Below are positions 37,621 to 51,111 of a stretch of DNA of 64,000 nt, in pieces. The notes below the pieces were generated by a model. That model was not told the DNA's origin. It ran no database searches and saw only the letters and a program-made list of their open reading frames with translations. Each line of letters starts with the position of its first letter. Position 1 is the stretch's first letter. The position numbers and the translations under genes are program-made. Source of the DNA: Octopus bimaculoides (lineage: Eukaryota); assembly GCF_001194135.2 (NCBI RefSeq), contig NC_068981.1, positions 154,546,098 through 154,610,097 of the forward strand, in the 5' to 3' direction.

Positions 37621-38209
37621 TTTTGTTAATTGTTTTGATTATTTGTTGACCAGTAGAGTGTTTTGGTTGGTTTATTTTCTACTTATGTAATTTTGTTGTT
37701 GTCTAAAGACATGGTAACCTTGTTTCAGTTTCATTGTCACTCAGTGTTCTGGTTGGCTGATTCTCTTACGAGGCCACTGGTTCAACTGGTTTGATGTTTA
37801 TTTGTTTTTTTCCAGATCATAAAATGATTTCATTGATTCAAGAAAAAACAAATAAACATGGAACTGATTGAACTAGTGGCCTCTTAAGGGAATAAGCTAA
37901 CTGGAACACTGGGTGACAATCAAGCTGAAACAGGTTACCAAATCCTTTGACAATAACAAAACAACAGCAGAAAATAAACCAACTAAAGTACTCTACTGGT
38001 CAACAAATAAAGCAACCAACAAAGAAATGATGTCACCAGGAAGACAACTAACCTGAATGCCAAAACCAAAATATTTGACCAAAATATCTATGAAATTAAA
38101 TGGAGAAAAACAAATGATGTCATCAAATTTACAACCAATAAGAACTTGATCCTTTGCCATAAACACACACACGCACACACACACACACAGCAATTCTACA
38201 TGATAGTGA

Positions 38210-38915
38210 AAGATGGATTTTGAATGCAGAGGACATGTGAAGATTAGAAAAGAATGAGGCTAGTATGCACTGCTGGATGTGTAATGTAAGTCTACATGTT
38301 TGACAGAGAGCTAGTGTTCTGAGAGAGAAGTGGGCAAGAGAGAAGACTGCACTGATTTTGTCATGTGATGCAGATGGATGCTGACAGCTCCATAAAGAAG
38401 TGCTGATCTCTCAAAGTAGATGGAACACATGGAAGTGGGAGACCCAAGAAGACATGGGATGAAGTACCGAAGAACAGCCTCAGGAAGTTGAACCTCTCAG
38501 GCAATATAATAAAGGACTGAAATACCTAGTGCCTTGCTGTACTCAAGAAGACCTGTACACCGCAGCAGAAGTGTTAAGACTGATCCTTCTGGTGGTGTAA
38601 AGCATTTGTGGCAGTGCCATGTAAAAGCACCCATGAGACAACATATAAAAAAGCCCGTCTGGTGACATGCAAAAGTGCCGATGAAGTGCTACATAAAAGC
38701 GTCTGTGTAGCACCACATAAATGTGCCTTGCAGTGCCAAGTAAAAGCACACAGCACACTCTATAAAGTGATTGGTATTAGGAAAGGCATCCAATCATAGA
38801 AACCTTGCCAAGTCAGACTGGAGTATGGTGCAGCTCCCCAGCTTGCTAGCTCTGGTCACACTGTCAACCCACTGGTCACACTGGTGAACCCATGCCAGCA
38901 TGGACAATTTTAACT
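38210..38915 (+). mobile_element. RTE LINE 3' part
   Basis: LNAEDM*RLEKNEASM...GRPKKTWDEV then the family 3' UTR. Confidence 0.75.
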
Positions 38916-39230
38916 TAAAACATTTTGAATTTTCACAAGTAAAACCAGTGAATAATGGCGAAGAAACCTCCTTCATGCACCATGACAGAAATTGTAAAAA
39001 AACGTTTTTTTCTTTCTCCCTATTTTTTCTTTTATTCTTTTATTTGTTTCAGTCATTTGACTGCAACCATGCTGGAGCACCGCCTTTAGTCAAACAAATG
39101 GACCCCAGGATTTATTCTTTTGCCCAACTGCTAAGTTACAGGGACGTAAACGCACCAACATCAGTTGTCAAGCGATGGTAGGGGACAAACACAGACACAC
39201 AAACATATACATATATATATACAAATATAA

Positions 39231-39290
<60 letters not shown>

Positions 39291-39823
39291 AGTGACAGCA
39301 GTATGTCATCTAGCATCTTCCTTGAATAGGTATCTTCTACCGCCACCCTAAGTCAGCCAAACTCTTCTGGGTGGGTTTGGTAGATGGGAATTGAAAGCTT
39401 CCCATCATATGTGTGTGTGCATATATATACATACATACATACACAAACACACACACACATACAAACAGATAGATAGATAGATAGATATGTGTGAGTATAC
39501 ATATGTGTGCTTGTATCTTTTTGTCTTGGCATTACTTGATAGTTAATGTCAAGTTGATAGTTGTAGGCAAGCATCACTGTCATACAAGCAGTGTTATTTA
39601 TTTCCAATTTTCTACGAAAACATGTCCAGCTACAGGAAAAATATTACCTTATTTGGAATCCAATCAGGGTTGGTGACATGAAGAAGTGAATGTTAAAACA
39701 ATGATGAGAATGATACACTCAGCTCCATATATATGTACGTATATATATATTTATGTATGATGTATGTAAGTGGGGGGATGGGGGTATGCACATGCACATG
39801 TACATGCATGTGTGTATGTGTGC

Positions 39824-39879
<56 letters not shown>

Positions 39880-39884
39880 GAGGA

Positions 39885-40140
39885 CATATTTGGTAAATTA
39901 ATAAAACAACTAAAAAGAAAGCACCCTAAAAGCTCAGACACTGTAAAGATACCAAAATTCATCCAACAAGTTTTCTAAATAGTATCATAGATCATCCGAG
40001 AGAATCAATGAGAGCTGTTGCCAAAAACTTCAGGTATTGGAGTGGAGTATCAGAACTGTAGTGCACAAGGATATTCAGTACAAGTAGCATGTTCTGAGGA
40101 GAAGCCAGTTCATGTTGGCAAAGACACAGGTTGAAAGAGT
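39885..40140 (+). mobile_element. maT-like Tc1/mariner N-terminal fragment
   Basis: RKHPKSSDTVKIPKFIQQV..IIDHPRESMRAVAKNF...IRTVVHKDIQYK, an HTH region typical of this family. Confidence 0.55.
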
Positions 40141-40477
40141 GAACAGACCTCAATTTTGCTGGCTCACAGACGGCAGCAGAAAACTGAGGGAAGTGGCAAA
40201 ATCTAGTTGTAATGTCATGAATGAATGCCCCTACAACCACATGGTCAAGAAGTTGGAAAGAAGGAAGGATGAATCAATGGCAAACTCTTCACAGTTGCTG
40301 AATTTGTCTTCTTAAAATAATAAAAAAAAAGACATGAGGGTATGGCTGAGTGCTTAAGAAGCTTGCTTCATAGCCATGTAGTTTCAAATTCAGTCTCACA
40401 GCATTGCACTTTGGGAATGTGTCTTCTACTATAGCCCTGGGCTGGTTAATGCCTTGTGAGGAAATTTCATAGACGAC

Positions 40478-40915
40478 TGGCACCCATGCCAATGTCGTCT
40501 CCTTCATTGGACACGAAACTCAGCTTGCGAAGACCTGTTGGGGCAAGCGAAAGTGAAATCGTGATGGCACCTGTGCCCAGCGTCACCTTTCTGGCACTTG
40601 TGCCCGTGGAATGTGTAAGGACTTTCGAGCGAGATCATTGCCAGTGCCCCTGGACTGGCTCTTGTGCGGGTGTCACATAAAATACACCATTTTGAGCGTG
40701 GCCGTTGCCAGTATCACCTGACTGGCTTTCGTGCCGGTGGCACGTAAAAGCACCCACTACACTCTCTGAGTGGTTGGCGTTAGGAAGGGCATCCAGCCGT
40801 AGAAACTCTGCTAGATCACATTAGAGCCTGGTGTAGCCATCTGGTTTCACCAGTCCTCAGTCAAATCGTCCAACCCATGCTAGCATGGAAAGCGGACGTT
40901 AAACGATGATGATGA
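40478..40915 (+). mobile_element. RTE 3' UTR (young subfamily) joined to a SINE B head at 40338-40477
   Basis: Close match to the reverse complement of 23217-23720; ends gcggacgttaaacgatgatgatg. Confidence 0.85.
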
Positions 40916-43299
40916 AACCTCTAAGGAAATCTGTTGTGCAAGCACACGTGTGTATGTGTGTGCATACACACATGCATGTGTGTGTGTGTGTGTGTCCCTA
41001 CCACACCACTTGGCAACTGGTATTGGTTTGTTTACATCCCATAACTTAGCAGTTTGGCAAAAGTAATTGCTATAATAAGTACCAAACTAAAAAATTCATA
41101 GTGGGTACAATTTGACTAAAACCTTTTAAGGCACTGCACCAGCACAGCTGCAGTTCAATGATTAAAACAAGTGAAGAAAAAAAATAAGATATAGGATAAT
41201 ACAGACTTAGAAAATAGTCCTAGATAAGCTGTATCCAAAAAGAAAAAATCCCATTGGATGGTCACAGCTGGAACACCTTTGGTTATATAACAGATTAATT
41301 ATGGCTGACCCGAGGCTAAACAAAAACAGCATTGTAATTATTTAATTCTCGACAAATATTTCTGTCTTAAAACAACAATTCCATTTAATCTAGAAGTTAC
41401 CATGACACAAGATTGAAATGACATTTCAGCCAGTAACTCAATTTGTAGCCAATTGTTTACTGTCCTTCATTGAGAATATACTGAAGATAAAGCAGTGTTG
41501 ATATCTTCAAGGCTGGAGCCTAATTCTAAAGCAACTACTTTTACTTTAATTATTTAATATGAACAGATAGTATCAAAGAAATTAGAAGCAAGGTTAACAT
41601 CAATTAAAATTCAAACTAAGCTATGAAAATCAATAAAATGACAGTAATGTTCAAATATTTGCTATAATAATTATTGGTGCAATACTAAGTTTTCGTGACA
41701 TTATAATAAATCACATCTTGGTTTTGATTCTATGACAGAAAGGCATGAACACTATAAATTTTTCTTTTCTTTTCTTTTCAAATTTAAGGTTTGAAACCTA
41801 ATTAAGAAATTACATTATTACTAGGAGATTTCCTCTTTTTCTATAATTATTCCAAGTTAATGTGCCATACAGTTAAATTTGTAATTTTTGCAGTTTTCTT
41901 TGAGAAAAATAAAGTTACAGCTTAGCAGCTGCTGCACCATACGTTTGTCTGCTGTCAGTGAGGTGACTAAATAAACATCGTCACTTCAAGCCTATATTTC
42001 CCCAGTGATTATCAAGAGAAAATAAATTAAATTTCCTTATAGAAAAGTAAATTTAGTTAGATCAGTTTTTTTAATATGCCCTAAAGGCTAAGTAAATCAT
42101 TCTTTTCATGTACCCCACTCTCAATAAAAATTTCTGCAGAGAATAAAGAAAAGGATGGCGGGGTGGGATAAAAAAAGACTAAAAGTAAGAATTTTTTAAC
42201 ATTTTTTTAGTGCAATTTTTAAGTTATGAAATATTCATGTGAGTTAACAGAAAAATATTTATGACACATTCCTAAGAGAATAATGTCACTCATTAAAGCT
42301 TTTACCAAGAGAGACTTGTCAAGGTAGCTCTTTATTATGTACATAATAAATAGGATCTTAATTGTAAGAAAACGTTAGTGGAATGGTGAGCTATTGTAAG
42401 AATGTAAGGTTCTCAAAGTTTATACAAGAAGTATCCTAATATTAAAAATATGCTGTCAACTGATGGATAAGTGAAGAGGGGAGAAATAATTTCAAGCGTT
42501 AACCAAGAGACACTAGATGATCTCCTATCATTTCTATATCACACATAGAATTGTTCATGAACAAATGCAGATGAACTGTACTTGTCCAGTAAACAAATAT
42601 TGACAAGAAAGTGTGTGTGTGCATAAGAGAGAGGTGGGGGGGGGGAAGAATTGCACAATTATATCATCCCACAAGTAAATTGTGGGTCTAATTCAAACTT
42701 CTTAAAGGATCAGCAACTGATCAGAGCTTACATGCTTTCAGGATCCTCAAGAGAACCAAAAGTCTTTGTGATGAAGTTTTTAACTATATTTCATATGTCA
42801 GAGTCATGAGGCAAAAAAAAAAAAAAAAAGAGAAAAGAAAAAATTATTCTGAGATTTCTGTTCAAGGAAGCAATACAAGTTTGATGTGAAAGGTGCTTTA
42901 GATTGCTTGTGGATGGATAAAGTGTGTTTAAGGAGATGTTTAAGGAGAAGTGAAGGGTGGTATCATCTTTACAAGTGTGATTGTTGTTGTTGTTTAGCAC
43001 CCAGTCAGCAAACCCAGTATGATCAAAGACATACCATCTATGTCTCTCTCTGAGGCAATGTGCATCTAGGACATTATCCAAAATATCCTTTTTAAAGATA
43101 GTAGTGTCTAATCTAAGAAGGACTTAATTGTATAGAAACTGAACTCACTGGCTTATATGATAGTAGACCAGTAGGCAGATTGTTAATTTACAGAAGAAAG
43201 AGCATGAGAGATACAGCAGAGGACATAGTAAAGCTGATAAAGTGCACCAGAAAGAGTTCTGTCAACACATTCCTTACTGTTGTGATTTAACAGGAAGAG

Positions 43300-43510
43300 A
43301 GATGAAATTAATGAAGCCCAGGTAGCTTCACTAGATGATTATTATGCCAAACATGGCCAAAGATCTGGCTAATGTCAAAGCACAGCAACACTGCTTTCAC
43401 CAAAATTCTTAAGAGTGAGGCAAGTTTGGTAAGTGATATAGTGAAGTTGGTCCTCAGACAAGCTGTACTGGTAGCTACCGAGAAGAGAGAGGGATTAAAA
43501 TGTTGGAAGT
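43300..43510 (-). mobile_element. CR1-like RT fragment
   Basis: VLLCFDISQIFGHVWHNNHLVKLP corresponds to the xxLDISKAFDRVWH motif. Confidence 0.6.
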
Positions 43511-43758
43511 GTGAATTGATAGGTTGATAATTCACAGAATCAGTGTGTAGTGTGTGTGCATGCATGTATGTGTAAATTAGAAGGACTCTCAGTGTAGCTT
43601 GGCAAATAAAACACTTATTTTGGGGGATTTAATAGATGAAGTGGTATCATAGTAAGTCTGTAAAAAGTATTAATTTTGTAACAGGGGTATGTTTTTTTGA
43701 CATTTTAGAAATTTATCAGTGTTTCACCAGCTCACTATAAATGGAGAAGCAATATATA

Positions 43759-43784
43759 TCTATATATATAAAAATGAGAATGTG

Positions 43785-43819
<35 letters not shown>

Positions 43820-44088
43820 GTGAATCCCTAAAACTCGAGAACTACGCAACCAATTTCATTCAAATTTTACAGATGCCTTACTTAGGGTTCCAGTTGTGTT
43901 CTAGTCAAAAAAAATTTGTTAACTTCTTTCAGAGTTCGAGCCCACAGCAACATATCTCCTCCACTATTTAAGTATTACGTGTCAAAAGTGAAACAAAAAC
44001 ACTCATGTCAAATACTTTCACTTTAAAAATGAAACTATTCTACTAACTGAAACAATCACATTTCGATACTGTAATGACAGATACTTTC

Positions 44089-44119
<31 letters not shown>

Positions 44120-44202
44120 GAGAGAGATGTATATGTATACATATAGATGTATATGTACACGTTATTCCACTAACTGAAACAATCACATTTCGATACTTTC
44201 AG

Positions 44203-44233
<31 letters not shown>

Positions 44234-44894
44234 GATGNNNNNNNNNNNNNNNNNNNNNNNNNNNNNNNNNNNNNNNNNNNNNNNNNNNNNNNNNNNNNNN
44301 NNNNNNNNNNNNNNNNNNNNNNNNNNNNNNNNNNNNNNNNNNNNNNNNNNNNNNNNNNNNNNNNNNNNNNNNNNNNNNNNNNNNNNNNNNNNNNNNNNNN
44401 NNNNNNNNNNNNNNNNNNNNNNNNNNNNNNNNNNNNNNNNNNNNNNNNNNNNNNNNNNNNNNNNNNNNNNNNNNNNNNNNNNNNNNNNNNNNNNNNNNNN
44501 NNAACAGTGTAAGACTACCCTTTCAGATATACTTTCATTGTGATTTCTGCAATGTGGTGCATAAATTGTCAAGTAAATGAGACGCATCTTTGCCTCCACT
44601 GATTCACTTGCAAAGTGTTGAGTAAAATTATTTCGTTGCAGACCTCCTTTGGGTCTTTTTATTATCACTACGACACACATAGTCCCCAGTTGGTAACATT
44701 GATTTCAAGGCCCTCCTAGATGAGAGACTGGCATTCCACTTAATGTCTATGTTCCATGCTGGCATGGATTGGAGAGTTATTAATGTAGAAATATGGTATC
44801 ATAGCTACTAACAGTTGAGGGTTGCGTAGTCTAGATGGCGTTTTTAGATTTCATTATTCTCTTTAACCCGGGCAAAGCCGGGTATTTCTGCTAG
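43759..44894 (+). mobile_element. Non-autonomous Helitron with both termini
   Basis: A|TCTATATATATAAAAATG...(TGTC)n 5' end; 3' hairpin CCCGG-GCAAAG-CCGGG (44867-44882) then CTAG|T at 44891-44895; inserted at an A-T site. Internal tandem repeat of about 127 bp and an N gap. Confidence 0.8.
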
Positions 44895-45859
44895 TATTCA
44901 ATAAAATCTGGCTTGTGCAATAAGTATCCCTCCAATATATCTTTTCCATTTGTCATTTAGAAATTTATTTTTACAGTTTCTATACTTTAAACATCAGATG
45001 TTATGCTTTTGAGTGGGAAGGAAAAGAAATTCACAAGTTCAATTTTTTTCAATTATTTCATCTCTCCATGTGAACCTCTGATGTTAAACTCAATCCCCTA
45101 AACCTAAAACTGAATCCTTAAAATATACTCACAAATCCTAACCCTGATTGCAAACCTAATTTTTCTTGCAGGATTGTAATCTCCTACATGTATTGCGTCT
45201 AATGATGTATTAAAACGTTTTGGAATGAAATATTAGAAACTGGAAATTTACTCCTGGTTGTCTACTCTGAAACAGAGCATTTCAGGGTGGACAATTATTA
45301 AAAATTGGAATTATGAATCTTTTTTTTTTTTAGTATCATAAAGAATACTTTCTTCAAGCAAAACTAAATAGAAATTCCAGATAAGTGAGATCGCACAGCT
45401 CAGCCAATATACATTGTATAATTTATCATTTATCTAAAAATACATATTAATACAAGTGCAGATGTGGTTGTGTGGTTAAGAATGTCACTAAACAACCCCA
45501 TGCTTTCAGCTTCATTTTCCTCAACACCATTATTAAAAGACTTTTATGACAGAACAAATGTAAAATAATGGACTGCAAAATGTTAGCATTCATTGTGGTA
45601 TTATTATTAATGAAGGTGGATCCACCAAACATTTTAATTAAAATTCCTATTAATATGAGCAAAGCTTAGCCATTGTTTACTCAGGTGTATTTAATGTTCA
45701 AAGATGAGAATTAGAATGACTAACATCAAATATAGATGACATAATTATTTTCCATCATCACATTTGAATTTGTCCTGGTTGTCTGGTTGTGGTGAAGATA
45801 TAAAGCTTAGTGAAGACTTACAACCAGCAGACTGATACTAGTAAAAGTATACTCAAGGA

Positions 45860-46365
45860 GCTGTCTTTCTCTTCCAGTCTTCCTCTCTCTCTCTCTCTTT
45901 CTCTGGCTGGGTAACTATGTACCTCCTCTGCAGCAAGACGTCTCTGCCTGTCTTTCTGTCACACTCTAACCTTTCATCATCTGACACAAGATCACCTCCT
46001 CCAATGCACCCTTCCCTCTAAAACGTTCCTTGTCTTGCAAAGTTACTTGGTGACCCTGCCAATGCTGGTGCCACTTAAAAAGCACCCAGTCCACACTGTA
46101 AAGTGGTTGGCATTTGAAAGGGCATCCAGCTATAAAAACCACACCAAAACTGACTTTGCCTGTGTGAGTGCCATGTAAGAAGCACTCAGCCCACTCTGTG
46201 GCGTGGTTGGTGTTAGGAAGAGCATCCAGCTGTAAAAACCGTGCCAAAACAAACACAGAAGCATGCCACAGGCTCCTGCCTGGCCATGTCCTGTCAAACC
46301 ATTTAACCCATGTCAGCATGGAAGGAGTATGTTAAATGATGATGATGATGATGATGACGATGTTG
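45860..46365 (+). mobile_element. RTE 3' UTR with (GAT)n tail
   Basis: Homologous to 55020-55585. Confidence 0.75.
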
Positions 46366-47129
46366 ATGAATACAGTTTTTCAAGGAAAACTCTTTTGTTC
46401 AATTCATCAAGCTCTTGTATTATTGGGTATTTGACTTAGCAAGCGTTAAAATATCGCATGACCCATTTTCAATTTTTATGACAATGGAAAAAAAAAACAC
46501 TTCACTTTTTTTTGGCAAAGAAAACATTCTCATCTTTTTCACCTGGAAAACATTTACTTTTGACATGGTAAATAAATCTTTTAATGTTATGGGGACCTGG
46601 AAATAAAGACATGCTGACATTTCTTGTTACAAAAAAAAAATTAGCAATTACAAATTATAAACAGAAATATGGCATTTTTAATATTTATTTGAAAATTTTA
46701 TGATGATTAATAAAAATCTCCCACTCTCTCCTACATTTGTGCATGTGCATATGTGTATACACGTGTGTATATATATATATGTGTATCCTCTCTTCACTCC
46801 TACCCACCTTCTCCCTTCATCATCACCCCTCCTTCGTTACCCCTACACATTCCAACCCACCATCCCACTTCATCCCTTAGACCCCCACCCTTGCTTTCCA
46901 CATACCCCACCACCATACCACACCACATCACACCACCCAGCACACACTAGCACTGACCACTTCCCAGCACCTACACCATCATCCACACACACACACACAC
47001 ATCAATGTCACCAGCCCCCTTCCACATGCACGGTCACCTTCATTTTGGGATCACCACTACTTTATTATTTCCCCTTCTTCCTAGCTCTCCTATGTGACTC
47101 CTCTATCCAACACTCACCATGATAGATTG

Positions 47130-47283
47130 CTAGTCACCAAACCTTTTTCTATTTTCTCTCCTTGTTTATTTCTGTGTTCCTTTCTGTCGAAGAGCGTAGG
47201 CTCGAAATGTAAATGACTTTCTCACTTCCCGAGAGTTAAACTAATACATCTGTTTGTTGTTTACATGCCCATCTTCGTCTTTT
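47130..47283. mobile_element. Penelope-type terminal repeat fragment
   Basis: ctgtcgaagagcgtaggctcgaaatgta...aaactaatacatctg; third copy of this family. Confidence 0.5.
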
Positions 47284-47669
47284 NNNNNNNNNNNNNNNNN
47301 NNNNNNNNNNNNNNNNNNNNNNNNNNNNNNNNNNNNNNNNNNNNNNNNNNNNNNNNNNNNNNNNNNNNNNNNNNNNNNNNNNNNNNNNNNNNNNNNNNNN
47401 NNNNNNNNNNNNNNNNNNNNNNNCACATACACACACATGTACAAACACATGCACACATAAAGGGAAGGAGAGAGAGAGAGAGAGATTTTTTTGTTTTCTT
47501 ATCATTCTCAAATTCCCAAATAAAAATTTTAAATGTCATATTTCTGTTTATAATTTTTTAGTAAGAAATGTCAGTGCTTCTTTGTTGCAGGGTCCTGATG
47601 ACAGTGAAGTATTTACCTTGTCAAAAATTAAGTGTTTCAAAGTCAAAAAATGAGTGTTTCCTTATTCCT

Positions 47670-48310
47670 AAAAATTGCTCTACAGCAGCACACCTGTTTC
47701 TACCCTCATTCTTGATCACTCTCACTCTCTCTCTCTCTCCTTCTCTTGCTCTTTCTTCTGGCTAGGTAACCAAATACCTCCTTTACAGCAGCACACCTGT
47801 TTTTGTCCTCTTTCTTGTTACTTCTCTCTCCCTCTCTTCCTTCCCCACTCTCCGTCTGGCCAGGTAACCATGTATCTTTTCTATAGCAAGACACTTGTTT
47901 CTGCCTCTCAGTGTCTCTGTTACATTCTAATCTTTCGTCATCTTACACAAGATCACCTTCCCCAATGCCCTCTCCCTTCTCAAAAATTCCTTGTCTTGCA
48001 AGTTACTTGGTAACCCTGCTAATGCTGGTGCCATGTAAAAAGCATCCAGTCCACATTGTGAAGTGGTTGACATTTGGAAGGGCATCCAGCTGTAAAAACC
48101 GTGCCAAAACTGACCTCATTTGTGCTGGTGCCACATAAAAAGCAGTCAGTCCACTCCGCAGGGTGTTGATGTTAGGAAGGGCATCCAGCTGTAAAAACCA
48201 TGCCAAAACAGACACAGTAGCCTGGTGTAATCTTCTACCTGGCTGGCTCCTGTCAAACTGTTCAACCCATGGAAGGCAGACGTTAAATGATGATGATAAT
48301 CATCATCATA
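47670..48310 (+). mobile_element. RTE 3' UTR with tail
   Basis: Homologous to 45860-46365 and 55020-55585. Confidence 0.75.
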
Positions 48311-49059
48311 GTATCGACCAGACTATTGAATGTTGTTATACATTGCTGATCACAATGTACTTAGCATCATTTTAGCTTTTGAATGATGCTACCTTGTTTG
48401 CTAGGTGAGCAGTCCACACACACACACACAGAAAATATGTCCAGTTTCAAAGATAGTACACAAACTAAAATAATGAGATTTCTTTCCTTATCAACAAATA
48501 TATGTGTGCTTATTGCCAAATGTTTGTGTGTTTTCACATCATTTAGAATTAAATCCATTTAATTAAAAGCTGAATATTGATTTTATAAATTGAAACAATA
48601 GGGAATGAATTTCTTCTAGCTGTAGGGTTTCAGGGAGCAGAAGTTTTCAACAACATATTTTAGGGGGAAAGGGTGTATGTTTAAGTGGATATGAGTTGAA
48701 ATATTATGACAACAATGTTCTGTTTTTTTTTGTTAAAACTGTGAAAAGCACACACAGACTGAATTTTATTATCATAAAAATAAGCATAGATATGACTGTG
48801 TAGTTAAGTAGTTCACTCCACAACCACACAGCTTTGAGTTCAATCCTACTGTGGGAACTTCAGGCAAGCTGATCAATGCCATGTGAGAAAAATTTAGTTG
48901 ATGGTGACAGTATGGTAACACATTGTGTAAATATGAATATGTGTACATGTGTGTGCGTGTGTATGCTTTTTTTTCTCCATGTGTCTTTGAATTGACACTG
49001 CTTAGGCAGTGATAGTAACATTGTTTATGTCCCACATATAAAAGTAGGTCAATGTTGGT

Positions 49060-49870
49060 ATCAGGAATTTCAACCATGTTTCGTGGTCTGCTACCACAAC
49101 AGCTCCTTTATAGGATCCAGTTAGCTCAAGACATCATCAAGAGGAACCATGTCCGGTTTCGGCCCCTACTCCTCTACCGTTTTGATGTGGTGGCCCCCCC
49201 CCCTTTCGGAGGTGTCTTTAGCTCTGGTGTTGGGTGCATGTCTTCTTTCTTCTATTCCCTGGCCTCTTCGATGCAGCATCAACGAGTGTCAGCGTCCGAC
49301 TGACTGTCTTGTCAAATTCCCCTTTTTATACCTGCTGCTAGGCTTCAGCAGGCTGCCCCAGCAAGTTGTCATGTGACACTGTCTAAATTTCCCGCTGCTA
49401 GGGTCCAGTAGGCAGCCCCAGCAAGTTGTCACATGACACTGTCTAAACTTCCCGCTGCTAGNNNNNNNNNNGCCTCTTCGATGCAGCATCAACGAGTGTC
49501 AGCGTCCGACTGACTGTCTTGTCAAATTCCCCTTTTTATACCTGCTGCTAGGCTTCAGCAGGCTGCCCCAGCAAGTTGTCATGTGACACTGTCTAAATTT
49601 CCCGCTGCTAGGGTCCAGTAGGCAGCCCCAGCAAGTTGTCACATGACACTGTCTAAACTTCCCGCTGCTAGGCTCCAGCAAGCAGCCCCAGCAAGTTGTC
49701 ACGTGACACTGTCTAAACTTTAACTGATCGCCTTTGAATTTGGTGGTCATTCTTGATACCTCGTTGTCGAATTTTTTTTTTTTTTATAACTTGCTGCGTC
49801 ATTTGCTTTCGGCCATTTAATCTTTGTCTTCTTCACGCCTATCACTGTTTGTGACTGTTCTAATTCAACT
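49060..49870 (-). mobile_element. Relic of an RLE-type non-LTR element (HERO-like) with internal minisatellite
   Basis: Minus frame KTKIKWPKANDAASYKK..FDNEVSRM resembles the KWP...FDEDV segment upstream of HERO RT; CIEEARE*KK resembles the IEEAHERK endonuclease-end motif. The intervening RT is absent. Assignment is from memory. Confidence 0.4.
49544..49720. repeat. 60-bp minisatellite, three units (two more units at 49334-49461 lie in a gap-flanking duplicate)
   Basis: Unit gctgctaggcttcagcaggctgccccagcaagttgtcatgtgacactgtctaaatttccc, repeated with few substitutions. Confidence 0.9.
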
Positions 49871-49934
49871 GTAGACGTACTTGAAAACAAGTATGGGCTG
49901 CCTCAAGAAGTCTCATACAACCCATACCAGCAAA

Positions 49935-50240
49935 GAAAAAGGAGATGTATGACCAAGACCTTTGGCGATATGCCTTGCTGCAGAAGACTTGTTAAGCCAA
50001 ATGAAATCATAGTTGTGGCCAATGCTGGTGTCATGTAACTGGCACCTGTGCTGGTAGCACGTAAAAAGCACCTGTTACACTCTTAGAGTGGTTGACATTA
50101 GGAATGGTATTCAGCCATAGAAACCAAGCCAAATAAGATTGGAACCTGGTGCAGCTCTCCAGCTTACCAGTTTTATTCAAACCGGCTAACCCATGCCAGC
50201 ATAGAAAGTAGATGCTAAATGATGATGATGATAATGATGA
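49935..50240 (+). mobile_element. RTE 3' end
   Basis: gaccaagacctttggcgatatg...catgccagcatagaaag...gatgatgat. Confidence 0.7.
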
Positions 50241-50629
50241 TATACACATGTGGGCAGACACACACACACACACACACAACAGGCTTCTACACAGTTTTCA
50301 TCTACCAAATTGACTCACAAGGTATTGGTTACAAGAGCTATAGTAGAAGACACTTGCTCAAGATGTCATGCAGTGGGACTGAACCTGAAACTTATATATA
50401 TATATATATATAATAAGACGAGAAAATAGAGAGGTAATTAATAAATTATTATTTATTAATTAAAAAATTGACAGACATCCCTCACAGCTGTTTCGATTCC
50501 CGACCTTCAGAAAATTAATTAATTAAATTAAAAATTATTTGGAAGTCGAATCTTTTCAGAGGTAGTTTAACATATACAAAATAGGTGTTCAATTCCTGCA
50601 TGTTGAGTAAACGGCTGCCAACCGTTAAC

Positions 50630-50714
50630 TGAGTGTGTGTGTGTGTGTATATATGTGTGCATGTGTGTGTTTTTATATATATATATATATACATACACAT
50701 ACATATATATACAT

Positions 50715-50793
<79 letters not shown>

Positions 50794-50950
50794 ACACATA
50801 CATACATATATATATATATATTATACATATACACATATACATATATATATATATATATATACATGCATACCCATATATAAATTCATACACACACGTATAT
50901 ATACACATGTGTGTGTATGTGTACATGTGTGTGTGTGTGTGTGTGTGTGT
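50630..50950. repeat. Compound (TG)/(TA)/(CA) microsatellite block
   Basis: Directly visible. Similar blocks at 1-40, 430-510, 700-760, 2860-3220, 15625-15725, 24750-25060, 39220-39290, 39720-39880, 57330-57580 and 58230-58610. Confidence 0.95.
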
Positions 50951-51073
50951 TTATTCTTATCTACTGGTACATAATAACCTAGTACCCCATTTTTTAACTT
51001 GTTCCTGTGAGGTATGAAGTAGGAGCTGAGCTCCTAAGCAAATGTGGTTTGTCTAAAATTGGTGTGTGAATTA

Positions 51074-51111
<38 letters not shown>

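Noticed and set aside
46558-46596. Possible 39-nt in-frame minus-strand cassette exon (VPITLKDLFTMSK)
   Set aside because: It has an AG acceptor and GT donor but no ankyrin or inversin similarity, and it would disrupt a repeat boundary; no support beyond the splice dinucleotides.
49262-49671. Exact 200-bp direct repeat (49262-49461 and 49472-49671)
   Set aside because: The copies are separated only by a 10-N gap and are identical, so this is likely an unmerged contig overlap; it inflates the minisatellite count.
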